A stretch of DNA of 64,000 nucleotides from Betaproteobacteria bacterium (GCA_050260395.1 JBLNCC010000076.1:26605-90604); one strand, 5' to 3'; shown: positions 33,606 to 43,343, numbered from the stretch's first letter. The notes: a model not told the origin generated them from the sequence alone. Numbers and translations are program-made.

Positions 33606-36333
33606 GCTGCGCCCGACCGCCGCGGGCAGGCTCGTGACAAGCGGGCAGGGCCCGGCAGGAGCGGCGGACGGAGCGGCGAACGCGGACCCGGAGATGGGGG
33701 AATCGATCGATGGTCCCGCGGACTTCGCGGCCGAGCTGGCGGCGAGGCTCGAAACCCGCGCCCGGGAGCGCCTGCTCACGGGCTTGACGGTGCCCGCACC
33801 CGGGGATGCACTGGATTCCACAGACCCGCGTGCTGCCGAAGCTGACGGTGACGCTGGTTCCAGCGTGTGCCGCTCCTCTGCCTCCGAGGCGGGCGAACCG
33901 CGCGACGCTGGCGAGGCGCCCGAGGCCGGCGAAGCGCGTGAGCGTGGGGCGGCCCGGGGGAAGGGCCGCGCGCAGGAGAATCCGCACGGTGACGCCGGCC
34001 TTGCCCTGCACCAAGAGCTGGTGAAAGCCCTGCCAGCGGCGGCTAACGATGGACCAGCCCAGGGGCAGGGCCATGAGCGTGGGCAGGGACAGGCGCAGGA
34101 GGCGAGAGCCATGGAAGCGGCCACGGGTGTCCGTCCGGCGCCTCCGGCTGCGGTGGGCCCGGAAACCGCGCCTGGGGGCTCTGTGGCGTGGTCTGCCGAG
34201 AGCGGGCGAGCCGAGCCGCTTCCCAGGCGCGTGGCTGGGCGCCCTGCGTCTGTGGCGATGCCGTTGTCAGGGTCCGAGCGCGTGCCGGCAGCGCGGGCGC
34301 TGCAGAGCGGCGCGGAGCCCGCGGAGGAACTGGACGCGGGAGAAGCGACTTCGCCGCTGCCGCAGGCGCATGCGGAGGGGGCATTCCCTGAAGGTGAACG
34401 TGGGGATGCCGTAAGCGGCGCGCCTCTAGCGCCACTTGAAGAGGTGGACGCGGCGGTGGCGCGCGAGACGCCGTCCCGGCTGGCACCAACGGATGAGCCG
34501 AGGGAGGCAAGTATGGCGGCCACGCAGCGGGCGCGAGGGGACGGGTCCGCCCGGGGCGATGGCGCAGGCGCAACGTGTTGCGCTCTGCCCGATGAGCGTG
34601 GGCAGGCAGCGGTGCAGGCTGCCCCGCTGGCTCCCACGGGCGGCGGAGCTCGGCAGGCTGCGTCTCCAGATCGCGGCAAGACGGTCCATCGACTAACTGT
34701 CCGTGAGAGTCCCGACACGGGGAAGCCGGCGACTGCTGGAAGCGCGGGCGCGGGGGAAAGCCGCCACACAACCACTGATCTGAGGTCGGCTGAGGTGGCT
34801 TCCGACACCATAGGTAGCGCTCGGGACTATCAACGCAGCCCGGAAGCCGGGATCAGGCTCGAGATCGTTCCGTCAGATGACGCGCCAGCGTGGTTGGCAC
34901 AGCCTGGACGGCGAGGGGTGTCCGCGCCAACAAGCGGCCCTTCCGGCGGCCTTTCCGGCAACGTGAAAGCCGCTTCTGAGGATGGTTCGACCACTCGGGG
35001 CGCACAAAGAACGGCCTTTTCTGCGTCCCGAGAGATGCCGCTTGCAACCGACGGCTTGGCTGCAGAGTCGGTCTCGCGTCCGCCGCGAGCGGAGGCGGCA
35101 CTGGATGGTGCCACCCCTGCGGCATTGGCCGAAGGCAAGGGTGTCCATGTCACGCCGGCCGGCGTGGTGTTCGCGCAGGCTCAGGCTGAACCGAGTAATG
35201 GCGGGGCCGGCGCGGAGACTGTGGACGCTAAGCCTTGTGGTGTGCGGGACATGATTGTCCAACACGTGACTGCCCAGCACGTCACCGTTCGCGACGCGGC
35301 TGTCTGGCGTGGAGCTCGCGCCGAGGAAGCCATGGTGAGTGCGGAGTGGAGGGATGAGGCGACCCGCGGGAAGGCTGACGTTGGTGACGGGGGCCATGAG
35401 GAAGCCACCTCCTGCGAAATGCCCGGGGAGTCCCGCACGGAAACGAAAGTGGTGGAGGTCGGTCAAGCGTCTGATACGCGACTTCGTCCTCCAGGGGAGA
35501 CTCCAGCGGAGAGTCCGCGCTATCCGCAGGCCCCGGCCGGGGAGCGTTCAGTGCTGGCAATCCGGAAGGAGCACGGGAAGGTTCCGCGTACTGACGCGGT
35601 CCCCCGCCAGGAGCCTGCTGCTGAGCGAGGGCCGGCCGTTCCCGAGGCAAAGACGCCAAACGTTGAAGAGCCTGCGTCCGGGTGTTTCGGGGCATCCCGG
35701 CAGAGGGGGTGCGACGAGTCAACGGGCGCGGCCCCAAAGCGGTGCACGGAGCGCGAGAACGCTGAGATAGCGTTGGACAAGCCATCCGCGGCACCCCTGA
35801 GTTCGAACTCATCCGCGCCGCACGAGGCTAAGGAGACAAGCGGTCAGGCACCTCACGGTGCCGCCGCGCACGAGCGGCAGGCACCGATCACGGCGCGGGC
35901 CATCATCGACCAGATCGTCCAGCGGGCCCAACTGCGCCTCGCCAGGTCCGAGGCGGAGATGGTGATAGACCTCAAACCCGATGTCCTCGGCAAGGTGCAC
36001 CTTAAGATAACCGCTGAGCAAGGGCGGGTGGTGGCAGAGATCAGGGCCGAAAGCGCAGCGACGAGGCAGCTCATCGAGGCGGGACTCGGCGATCTGAAGG
36101 CTGCGCTTGCCGAGAAGGGGCTCGACCTTGGAGCGGTCGCCGTCTCCAGCGGCTTCGGAACAGGGGTTGCGTGGAACGGCGGCGGTTCGCGGTGGCCTGG
36201 GGACAGCGCGGGGCACGGGCTCGCGGAGGCAGCGCCGAGAGCGGGGAGGTCAGGCGCGCTGCGCGGAGCGACGTCTTTCGCCACCTCGAGGCCGTCTGCG
36301 GGAAGCGTCCACCTTGTGGACTGCGTGGCATAG
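33553..36333 (+). CDS. fliK: Flagellar hook-length control protein FliK, unusually long (up to 926 aa)
   Basis: Only the C-terminal region (about 35881..36150) is recognisable: IIDQIVQRAQLRLARSEAEMVIDLKPDVLGKVHLKITAEQGRVVAEIRAESAATRQLIEAGLGDLKAALAEKGL (Flg_hook-type domain). Its position between fliJ and flgD fits. The N-terminal ~770 aa are low complexity and the start is uncertain. Confidence 0.7.
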   Translation: MDMLFSICLDEAQVIGPELRPTAAGRLVTSGQGPAGAADGAANADPEMGESIDGPADFAAELAARLETRARERLLTGLTVPAPGDALDSTDPRAAEADGDAGSSVCRSSASEAGEPRDAGEAPEAGEARERGAARGKGRAQENPHGDAGLALHQELVKALPAAANDGPAQGQGHERGQGQAQEARAMEAATGVRPAPPAAVGPETAPGGSVAWSAESGRAEPLPRRVAGRPASVAMPLSGSERVPAARALQSGAEPAEELDAGEATSPLPQAHAEGAFPEGERGDAVSGAPLAPLEEVDAAVARETPSRLAPTDEPREASMAATQRARGDGSARGDGAGATCCALPDERGQAAVQAAPLAPTGGGARQAASPDRGKTVHRLTVRESPDTGKPATAGSAGAGESRHTTTDLRSAEVASDTIGSARDYQRSPEAGIRLEIVPSDDAPAWLAQPGRRGVSAPTSGPSGGLSGNVKAASEDGSTTRGAQRTAFSASREMPLATDGLAAESVSRPPRAEAALDGATPAALAEGKGVHVTPAGVVFAQAQAEPSNGGAGAETVDAKPCGVRDMIVQHVTAQHVTVRDAAVWRGARAEEAMVSAEWRDEATRGKADVGDGGHEEATSCEMPGESRTETKVVEVGQASDTRLRPPGETPAESPRYPQAPAGERSVLAIRKEHGKVPRTDAVPRQEPAAERGPAVPEAKTPNVEEPASGCFGASRQRGCDESTGAAPKRCTERENAEIALDKPSAAPLSSNSSAPHEAKETSGQAPHGAAAHERQAPITARAIIDQIVQRAQLRLARSEAEMVIDLKPDVLGKVHLKITAEQGRVVAEIRAESAATRQLIEAGLGDLKAALAEKGLDLGAVAVSSGFGTGVAWNGGGSRWPGDSAGHGLAEAAPRAGRSGALRGATSFATSRPSAGSVHLVDCVA

Positions 36334-36431
36334 GGGAACTCGAGGCGCGCTGCTTGGCTTGACGATGGGAGTCTGCGAGAGGCGCAGGCCGCGCCGGACA
36401 GTCGATTTCCAGAGCGAAAGGAGGGTTTCTG

Positions 36432-36842
36432 ATGAACGTTGCAGCTACGTCCAGTACGCGAGTGTATGATGCCCAGGGACAGACCTCTTCAGATGGAAGC
36501 AGCCGGACCAAGCTAGGGAAGGACGCGTTCCTGGAGCTGCTCCTCACCGAACTGCGTTATCAAGACGCGTTCCAGCCGGTGGACGACAAGGAGATGGTAG
36601 CCCAGATGGCGCAGTTCTCCACGCTGGAACAGATGGAGAACCTGAGCCTCGCCATGGAGGGCCTCGCGAAGATGCAGCACGCCACGCAGGCCACGGCGCT
36701 CATCGGCAGGAAAGTGACTGCCACGGTGGACGACGAGGTCATCACGGGCACGGTCTCCGGCGTGAAGTTCAAGGATGGTGTGGCGTACCTCGTTGTCGAG
36801 GGGAAAGAAGTCCTCGTGACCGACGTGACGGAGATATCGTAG
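36432..36842 (+). CDS. flgD: Flagellar hook capping/assembly protein FlgD
   Basis: LGKDAFLELLLTELRYQDAFQPVDDKEMVAQMAQFSTLEQM. The RBS is GAAAGGAGGG. Confidence 0.93.
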   Translation: MNVAATSSTRVYDAQGQTSSDGSSRTKLGKDAFLELLLTELRYQDAFQPVDDKEMVAQMAQFSTLEQMENLSLAMEGLAKMQHATQATALIGRKVTATVDDEVITGTVSGVKFKDGVAYLVVEGKEVLVTDVTEIS

Positions 36843-36854
36843 ACGCGAGAGACG

Positions 36855-37283
36855 TTGCCGCGAGGAGTGGTTGCCTTGGTTGAAAGAATACCGCCCGAGT
36901 TCCAGGTGCGCGCCGGGGTGACGGCGCCCGCCGAGGGCGTGGAGAGGGTTCGAAACGAAGCTGTTCGCGATCGGGGGACGGCCGCGGCCCCGTCCTTCGG
37001 AGAGGTCCTCCGGAAGGAGATCGAAGGGCAGGGCGTGAGATTCTCCGGCCACGCTCAGATGCGCATGAGGACCAGGAACATCTCGCTTTCCGAGACCGAT
37101 ATGGTGAAGCTCGCCCAGGCGGTAGACAGGGCTTCCGCCAAGGGAGCGAGGGAGTCGCTCATCCTCATGGACAATCTCGCCCTCGTTGTGAGCATCAGGA
37201 ACCGCACCGTCATCACGGCGGTGGACGGCGAGCACATCAAGGAGAACGTGTTCACCAACATCGATAGCGCGGTGATAGTGTGA
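36855..37283 (+). CDS. Conserved 'flagellar operon protein' (TIGR02530-like) between flgD and flgE
   Basis: The C-terminal block RFSGHAQMRMRTRNISLSETDMVKLAQAVDRASAKGARESLILMDNLALVVSIRNRTVITAVD...NVFTNIDSAVIV matches my memory of this Firmicute family. The start is uncertain. Confidence 0.7.
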   Translation: MPRGVVALVERIPPEFQVRAGVTAPAEGVERVRNEAVRDRGTAAAPSFGEVLRKEIEGQGVRFSGHAQMRMRTRNISLSETDMVKLAQAVDRASAKGARESLILMDNLALVVSIRNRTVITAVDGEHIKENVFTNIDSAVIV

Positions 37284-37382
37284 AAGCGGCGAACCGCGCC
37301 ATGGGGCTGGACCTCTTCCGAGGGGGCCCCGGGGCCGCCGGCGACACCGGCGGCCACAGAAGGAAGGAGGTCAAGTAAGACA

Positions 37383-38756
37383 ATGCTACGGTCGATGTTT
37401 GCCGGAGTGTCCGGCTCGAGGTCTCACCAGGTCTGGATGGACGTGATCGGCGACAACATCGCCAACATCAATACCCCCGGCTATAAAGCTGGCAGGGTGA
37501 CGTTCCACGAGCTTCTGGTGCAGACGATTCGCGGCGGCGGCGCGCCGGTCAAGGGTGGAAGGGGAGGCATAAACCCGATGCAGGTGGGTCTCGGGACAAG
37601 CCTCAGGAGCATCGATACCTGGCATACTCAGGGCAACATCCAAGTGACCGAGGTGCCGAGCGACCTCGCCATTGATGGTATCGGATTCTTTGTGTTGAGC
37701 GACGGGCTCAGGACTTACTTCACCCGGGATGGCAGCTTCCAGATCGGCGCTGATGGTGTCCTCGTGAGCCCCGCGACGGGCTACAGGGTGCAGGGAAAGC
37801 CGGTTGACCCCGCTACCGGGGAGATCGACAGCACCCAACCACCTACCGATATCAAGATCCTCATAGGCCAGGTCATGGAGGCCGCGGCCACCAAGAACGC
37901 GATCCTGCGCGGGAACCTCGATTCCCAGGCTGACCCGTGGGACGAGGCCACGGGCACCGGTGGCAAGTTCTCCGGTCTGCTTCAGGTGTACGATTCCCTC
38001 GGCTTGCTGCACAAGCTGCCCATTACCTTCGAGAAGCTCGATCCCAATACGGATCCCGCTACAGGGCTACCCGGCGACCCGAGTGATCCCACCGACGACA
38101 TCGGCGAGCGGGCCTGGAAGTGGGAGGTAACGGATCCTCTCGCGGCCCCGGGGGACAACCCTGTAGGCGAGGGGTATCTGATCTTCACCGACACCGGCAA
38201 GTTCGACCCTGTCGCGACCGAGACCGCATGCGCCACCTACAACACAGCACACCCAGGTGCATACAACTACCCACCGCAGTTCGACATCATGCCAACTGAC
38301 GGCTCTGCCCCGCAGACCGTCAGCCTTGACCTCGAGAGCCTGACCCAGTACGCCGAACCATCGTCGGTGTCCATGAGCTTCCAGGACGGTTTCCCGGCCG
38401 GGACTCTGGAGACATTCGCCGTGGACGCGGACGGGATAATCACCGGCATCTACTCTAATGGTCAGTATCGGACGTTGGCGCAGATCGTGCTCGCGAACTT
38501 CGCGAACCCAGGCGGCCTTCTCCGCATGGGTGGAGGGTTCTACCAGGTGTCGCCTAACTCGGGCGCCCCGATAATCGGCGAGCCGATGAAGGACGGCAAG
38601 GGTAAGATCATCGGCGGCGCCATCGAGATGTCCAACGTGGACCTTGCCAAGCAGTTCACTGACATGATTATCGCTCAGCGCGGGTTCCAGGCGAACTCAA
38701 GGGTGATCACCACAGCGGACGAGATGTTGCAGGATCTCTTGAGTCTCAAGCGTTAG
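37383..38756 (+). CDS. flgE: Flagellar hook protein FlgE
   Basis: MLRSMFAGVSGSRSHQVWMDVIGDNIANINTPGYK and the C-terminal FTDMIIAQRGFQANSRVITTADEMLQDLLSLKR. Confidence 0.96.
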   Translation: MLRSMFAGVSGSRSHQVWMDVIGDNIANINTPGYKAGRVTFHELLVQTIRGGGAPVKGGRGGINPMQVGLGTSLRSIDTWHTQGNIQVTEVPSDLAIDGIGFFVLSDGLRTYFTRDGSFQIGADGVLVSPATGYRVQGKPVDPATGEIDSTQPPTDIKILIGQVMEAAATKNAILRGNLDSQADPWDEATGTGGKFSGLLQVYDSLGLLHKLPITFEKLDPNTDPATGLPGDPSDPTDDIGERAWKWEVTDPLAAPGDNPVGEGYLIFTDTGKFDPVATETACATYNTAHPGAYNYPPQFDIMPTDGSAPQTVSLDLESLTQYAEPSSVSMSFQDGFPAGTLETFAVDADGIITGIYSNGQYRTLAQIVLANFANPGGLLRMGGGFYQVSPNSGAPIIGEPMKDGKGKIIGGAIEMSNVDLAKQFTDMIIAQRGFQANSRVITTADEMLQDLLSLKR

Positions 38757-38770
38757 CACGGCTTGAGGTG

Positions 38771-38814
38771 GGGCCCGCCCGGCTCCCCCGAGTGGTGTAG
38801 GGCGGGGCGGGCCC
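38771..38814 (+). promoter_or_regulatory. 10-bp GC hairpin just downstream of flgE
   Basis: GGGCCCGCCC (38771..38780) pairs with GGGCGGGCCC (38805..38814). There is no U-tract. It lies within a 276-nt non-coding gap inside the operon. Confidence 0.45.
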
Positions 38815-39032
38815 GCGGGCCGCCCACTTGGGCACGTGTGGTTGCGTATGTGAAGTAACCCTGGTGTCTAGCGGCACGTCCCGTCACCCGGATGGTTGCG
38901 GGCGCGGCGCGCTCGAGCCGGCCGGTGCCGGCTCGCGGCAAGACGGGCTTTTGAGCAAGCGGCCTCGTAGGAGCGGAGGACCGGACGGCAAATCCGAAGA
39001 CAGCATTTGCGAGAGGAAAGGCGGCGCTTGCG

Positions 39033-39254
39033 ATGATCAGAGTGCACCGGCTTGACGGATCGGAACTTGTGGTTAACGCGGACCTGATAGAGACGGTCGA
39101 GGCAACGCCCGACACCATCATCACGCTCACCACGGGCAAGAAGCTTGTCGTGAGGGACACCGTGGATGAGGTGGTGGCGGCGGTGGTCGGATACAAGAAA
39201 GCGATCGCGCTCGGGCCCCAGGCTCCTGCCGGCGGAGGCGACCTGGCCACATAA
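39033..39254 (+). CDS. flbD: Flagellar protein FlbD (SwrD-like)
   Basis: MIRVHRLDGSELVVNADLIETVEATPDTIITLTTGKKLVVRDTVDEV is canonical FlbD. Confidence 0.9.
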   Translation: MIRVHRLDGSELVVNADLIETVEATPDTIITLTTGKKLVVRDTVDEVVAAVVGYKKAIALGPQAPAGGGDLAT

Positions 39255-39398
39255 GTGTGTGAGAGGACGGGAAAGCGCCGGCCTTGATCGCGACGCGACG
39301 CGCCAGTGTGTCTTATGCCACGGCACGCAGAGCGGGCGCGGCATGCACCTTACAACGGCACCGCGACGCGAGTGCCATACGACTTGCGGGGGCGTAAC

Positions 39399-40244
39399 AT
39401 GGACCTTACCACTTTCATCGGGATCGTTGCGGGACTCACGCTTGTTGGTACGGCCATCCAGATGGGTGGGTCGATCAGGAGCTTCATCGACATCTCCTCG
39501 GTGATGATCACCATAGGTGGGACCATTGCCGCAACGTTCGTCAACTTTCGGCTGGACGACATCAAGAATGTGCTGCGCGTCACGAAGATCGCGTTCACGC
39601 GGCGTCCCGCGGAGCTTACAGCCACGATCATGCAGATCATATCCCTCGCCGAGCTTGCGCGGCGCGAGGGGCTCCTCGCCCTCGACAACAGCCTCGACAA
39701 GGTCAAGGACGACTTTTTGAGGCACGGCCTTCAGCTCGTGGTGGATGGCGTGGACGCGACGGTGATACGGGAGATCCTCGAGACCGACCTTGACGCCATC
39801 GAGGAGCGCCACAAGATGGGACGGAAACTGTTCGACCAAATGGCGCTCTTCGCACCCGCGTTCGGCATGATCGGGACCCTTATCGGGCTCATCCAGATGC
39901 TCCGGAACATAAACGACCCGAGCTCCATCGGTCCCGGCATGGCCGTGGCCCTAGTTACGACGTTCTATGGGGCGATCCTTGCTTATCTAGTATTCATCCC
40001 TATCTCGGGGAAACTGGGGGTCCGGGCACTGGAGGAGGCACTGGAGAAACAGATCCTCATCGAGGGCATTCTCGCGATCCAGTCAGGAGACAACCCGAGG
40101 ATCGTCGAAGAGAAGCTCAGGGCGTTCCTGCCGCCTGCAACCAGGACCAAGGTGGTATATAAGAAAGGAGCGCAGGCGACGGCGGCAGGTGCCGCGGGAG
40201 CTGGAGGCGCGGCTAGTAAGGAAACGGCTGGTGCGAAAACATGA
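39399..40244 (+). CDS. motA: Flagellar motor stator protein MotA
   Basis: MDLTTFIGIVAGLTLV..., FAPAFGMIGTLIGLIQML and ALVTTFYGAILAYLVFIPI. The ATG at 39399 lies within track ORF 39306..40244. Confidence 0.93.
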   Translation: MDLTTFIGIVAGLTLVGTAIQMGGSIRSFIDISSVMITIGGTIAATFVNFRLDDIKNVLRVTKIAFTRRPAELTATIMQIISLAELARREGLLALDNSLDKVKDDFLRHGLQLVVDGVDATVIREILETDLDAIEERHKMGRKLFDQMALFAPAFGMIGTLIGLIQMLRNINDPSSIGPGMAVALVTTFYGAILAYLVFIPISGKLGVRALEEALEKQILIEGILAIQSGDNPRIVEEKLRAFLPPATRTKVVYKKGAQATAAGAAGAGGAASKETAGAKT

Positions 40245-40993
40245 GGCGCAAAAGATCAGACGATGACGGGCCCTCCGGGTCTCCGCCGTGGATAACGTCA
40301 TATGCCGATATGACCCAGTTGCTGCTGACTTTCTTCGTGCTCCTGTTCGCGTTCTCATCCATCGACGCGATCAAGTTCCGGCAAGCGGTCATATCGCTTC
40401 AGGGCGCGCTCGGCGTGCTCACAGGAGGGCCTCAAGTCCTAAATCCAGGTGAGATGCCGGTTCCGAAGCCTCCAAGCGATCTTCGGCCCTCGGGGAAGTC
40501 CGAGATCGACCTTGAGGGGGTCATGCAGGAGTTCCAGTCTTTCCTTGAGGATCAGGCTCTCACGAACGATGTACACCTTGAGGTCACGGAGCGGGGCCTT
40601 GTGGTCAGCTTCATGGACAAGGTCCTTTTCGACATCGGCCAGGCCGACCTGCGCCCCGAGGCACGGCGCGTCCTTTCGGAGGTAGCGGTAATCTTGCGCA
40701 AGATCCCGAACGACATCAGGATCGAGGGGCACACGTGCGACCTGCCGATACGGACGCCGAAATTCCCGTCGAACTGGGAGCTATCGACGTCGAGGGCGTG
40801 TACGGTGCTAAGGTATTTCATCGAGGCCGCGGGCCTCGCCCCGGACAGGTTCACCGCCATGGGCTACGGCGAGTACAGGCCGAAGGTGCCTAATACGAGC
40901 GAGGCCAATAGGGCCTTGAACCGCAGGGTGGACGTCGTGATCTTGAAAGAAAAAGAGAAAACGGTGCTTCCAGGGGAATCGCCCAAGGAATAG
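40241..40993 (+). CDS. motB: Flagellar motor stator protein MotB (OmpA-like C-terminal domain)
   Basis: PPWITSYADMTQLLLTFFVLLFAFSS contains the plug/TM segment with the conserved Asp. The C-terminal motif is NWELSTSRACTVLRYF...NRRVDVVI. The start overlaps motA (ATGA). Confidence 0.93.
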   Translation: MRRKRSDDDGPSGSPPWITSYADMTQLLLTFFVLLFAFSSIDAIKFRQAVISLQGALGVLTGGPQVLNPGEMPVPKPPSDLRPSGKSEIDLEGVMQEFQSFLEDQALTNDVHLEVTERGLVVSFMDKVLFDIGQADLRPEARRVLSEVAVILRKIPNDIRIEGHTCDLPIRTPKFPSNWELSTSRACTVLRYFIEAAGLAPDRFTAMGYGEYRPKVPNTSEANRALNRRVDVVILKEKEKTVLPGESPKE

Positions 40994-40997
40994 GGGG

Positions 40998-41741
40998 ATG
41001 AGCTTGCCAACAGGTATCGTGAGCTATCAGAGATCTGGACCGAGCCCGGCGGCGCCCGGCAACGCGCCGGGCCGTACGCCTGCCGCGAGGGCTGCCGGTG
41101 GTGCGACGAACCCAGGGAGAGCAGGCTCCGGAGTGCGAAGCCAGGCCGGGATGGCTGCCGCCGGGCCTCAGCCTCCGATGAGGGATGGTTGGGAAGTGCC
41201 CGATCGGCCTGCGACCACGCTATCGGCGCGCGACCTTCGCGCCATGCAAGAGCAACAGGGAAGAGCAACCGGCCGGAGGCGGAGGATTTCCCCGCTTGTG
41301 GTCGCCGGTGTTTTGGCTTTCTGCCTTGCAGCGGCCGCTGGAGCGCTTTTCTATACGCGTAGCCTGCACGGGCAGGCGGGGACAGGGTCGAGAGGCGCAG
41401 AGGCTCCGGAGCCGGCGACGAAGCCAGGTCCCACTTACGCGTTTGAACCGTTCATAGTCAACGTCGCGGGCACCAACGGCACGCGTTACCTGAAGGCTTC
41501 GATCAGTGTCGAGTGCGCTGACAAAAGGGCCAGCGCCGAGATCGGAGCAGTGGAGTACAAGGTGAGGGATGCCATCCTCGCGGTCCTATCTTCCTACAAC
41601 CTGGAGGACCTGAGCGATGTGTCCAAAAGGGACGCGATACGACGCCGTGTAGCCGACGCCATAGAGCGGTCGCTCTCAGGCGACGGGGGGAAGTCGCCTC
41701 GTGTGAGAGGCGTGTACTTCCTTGAGTTCGTCATTCAATAA
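40998..41741 (+). CDS. fliL: Flagellar basal body-associated protein FliL with ~100-aa N-terminal extension
   Basis: The C-terminal segment is FEPFIVNVAGTNGTRYLKASISVECADKRASAEIGAVEYKVRDAILAVLSS. A TM segment is at ISPLVVAGVLAFCLAAAAGALFY. Confidence 0.85.
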   Translation: MSLPTGIVSYQRSGPSPAAPGNAPGRTPAARAAGGATNPGRAGSGVRSQAGMAAAGPQPPMRDGWEVPDRPATTLSARDLRAMQEQQGRATGRRRRISPLVVAGVLAFCLAAAAGALFYTRSLHGQAGTGSRGAEAPEPATKPGPTYAFEPFIVNVAGTNGTRYLKASISVECADKRASAEIGAVEYKVRDAILAVLSSYNLEDLSDVSKRDAIRRRVADAIERSLSGDGGKSPRVRGVYFLEFVIQ

Positions 41742-41773
41742 CCTTAAGTAACCCGTGATGCGGGGGCGGGAGC

Positions 41774-42769
41774 TTGGACGAGATCCTTTCGCAAGAAGAG
41801 ATAAACGCGCTGCTTTCATCCTTCGCGAAGCAAGAAGAGCAGCCGGCCGTGAAAGGTACGGGCGGCAAGGCGAAGCAGGTGAGGCCTTACGACTTCCGCC
41901 GGCCTGACAAGCTGTCGAAAGACCAGCTTCGCACCATCGAGATAATCCACGAGACCTTTGCACGGTCGCTTTCGACGTGGATGTCCACATACCTGAGGCT
42001 TCCGGTCAGGGTCAACCTGGCCTCGTGCGAGCAGCTGTCCTTCGATGAGTTTTCGTCGTCCTTGCCGAGCCCCGGCGTCATTGCGGTTTTCAATGTGAGC
42101 CCGCCCGACGGCGAAGCCATCCTGGCGCTCGAGCCCCTCCTGGCCTTCGCGATCCTCGACAGGGTGCTTGGGGGACCCGGGCAGGCGAAGGGCAAGCCCC
42201 GCGAGCTTACCGACATCGAGCAGCGGCTCATGCAGGACCTTGCAGGCAGGGTGCTGGACATCCTGGCCCGCTCCTGGGCCGACGTAACGGCTTTTTCGAC
42301 GCGACTGGAGAATATCGTTGCAAGCGCGCAGTTCGCTCAAGTCACGGCGGAGACCGAGACTGTCGCGGCCGTGTCGTTGCAGGTCGCGTTGGGGGATGTT
42401 GCGGGGAACGTGACTCTGTGCCTGCCTTACCCTGTGCTCCAGCCGGCGTTGCCAAAGCTCGTGGCGACGCGGTGGTTCAAGAAGCAAGTCGGGCGTGGAG
42501 GAGAAGCTGCGTCCGCCGAGGCCATCCGTCAGCGTCTTGCGACCGTCCAGGTGCCCGTCACCGCTGAGTTGGGTCAGGCCACCATTCTCGTGGGCGACTT
42601 CCTCGACCTTGCGCCGGGCGACATCATCAGGCTTGACTCCAGGCGCGGTGAGGATCTCATGGTGCGCGTGGGCGGCGGAGCCAAGTTCCTTGCGCGGCCC
42701 GGGGTGATCGGCAAGAGGCTGGCTTTTCAGGTATCACGCGTGCTGCACGACAGGGGAGGGACATTGTGA
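41774..42769 (+). CDS. fliM: Flagellar motor switch protein FliM
   Basis: MDEILSQEEINALL (the CheY-binding-type N-terminus), then VRPYDFRRPDKLSKDQLRTIEIIHETFAR. Confidence 0.95.
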   Translation: MDEILSQEEINALLSSFAKQEEQPAVKGTGGKAKQVRPYDFRRPDKLSKDQLRTIEIIHETFARSLSTWMSTYLRLPVRVNLASCEQLSFDEFSSSLPSPGVIAVFNVSPPDGEAILALEPLLAFAILDRVLGGPGQAKGKPRELTDIEQRLMQDLAGRVLDILARSWADVTAFSTRLENIVASAQFAQVTAETETVAAVSLQVALGDVAGNVTLCLPYPVLQPALPKLVATRWFKKQVGRGGEAASAEAIRQRLATVQVPVTAELGQATILVGDFLDLAPGDIIRLDSRRGEDLMVRVGGGAKFLARPGVIGKRLAFQVSRVLHDRGGTL

Positions 42770-43314
42770 TGACCGACGATCTCTTTGACGAGGACCTCGA
42801 CGCCCTATCTGACCCGGACGCACCGGGGCCTGCGGACGCGGCGGACGCGGGAAGCGTTGACGCTGCTGTAGCCGGAAAAGACGCGGGAAGCGGCGAAGGC
42901 GGTGCCGGGATTAGGACCGACCCCGGTGTTGGTGGTGTCGCAGGAGCCGCGGCGCCGGGTTTTACCGGCGATGACGCCAGGCGGAACCTGGAAAGGGCGT
43001 TTGAAAAGGCGGAGTTCGCGCCTTTCGGGGAGAAGCCCCGCCAGGGAGGCCACAGCAACATCGATCTGCTGCTTGATGTGCCTCTTCCCATCACGGTGGA
43101 ACTGGGCAGGACCAGCATGACCATACGTGACGTCCTCGACCTTGGCCCCGGCTCGGTGGTGGAGCTCGACAGGGTGGCCGGCGAGCCTGTGGACATCCTG
43201 GTCAACGGGAAGCTGGTCGCAAAAGGGGAGGTTGTGGTCATCGACGAGAACTTCGGTGTCCGCGTGGTGGACATAGTGGCTCCTGCGGACAGGCTGAGCA
43301 GCCCGAAGAGTTGA
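42766..43314 (+). CDS. fliN: Flagellar motor switch protein FliN (short form, no CheC-like domain)
   Basis: The C-terminal SpoA domain is IDLLLDVPLPITVELGRTSMTIRDVLDLGPGSVVELDRVAGEPVDILVNGKLVAKGEVVVIDENFGVRV. Confidence 0.92.
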   Translation: MMTDDLFDEDLDALSDPDAPGPADAADAGSVDAAVAGKDAGSGEGGAGIRTDPGVGGVAGAAAPGFTGDDARRNLERAFEKAEFAPFGEKPRQGGHSNIDLLLDVPLPITVELGRTSMTIRDVLDLGPGSVVELDRVAGEPVDILVNGKLVAKGEVVVIDENFGVRVVDIVAPADRLSSPKS

Positions 43315-43343
43315 AAAGCCTGATAGGAGATGCCTGAAAGGGG

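Noticed and set aside
33553-35880. Splitting the long fliK frame into a separate YlxF-like gene plus a shorter fliK.
   Set aside because: There is no in-frame stop, no internal RBS-plus-start combination that stands out, and no recognisable YlxF/MgtE-like motif. I keep it as one ORF with an uncertain start.
37840-37860. SigD-type promoter elements (CCGATAT at about 37849 and GCCGATAC at about 40746).
   Set aside because: Both lie inside coding sequence (flgE and motB) and lack the TAAA -35 element at the required 15 to 16 nt spacing.
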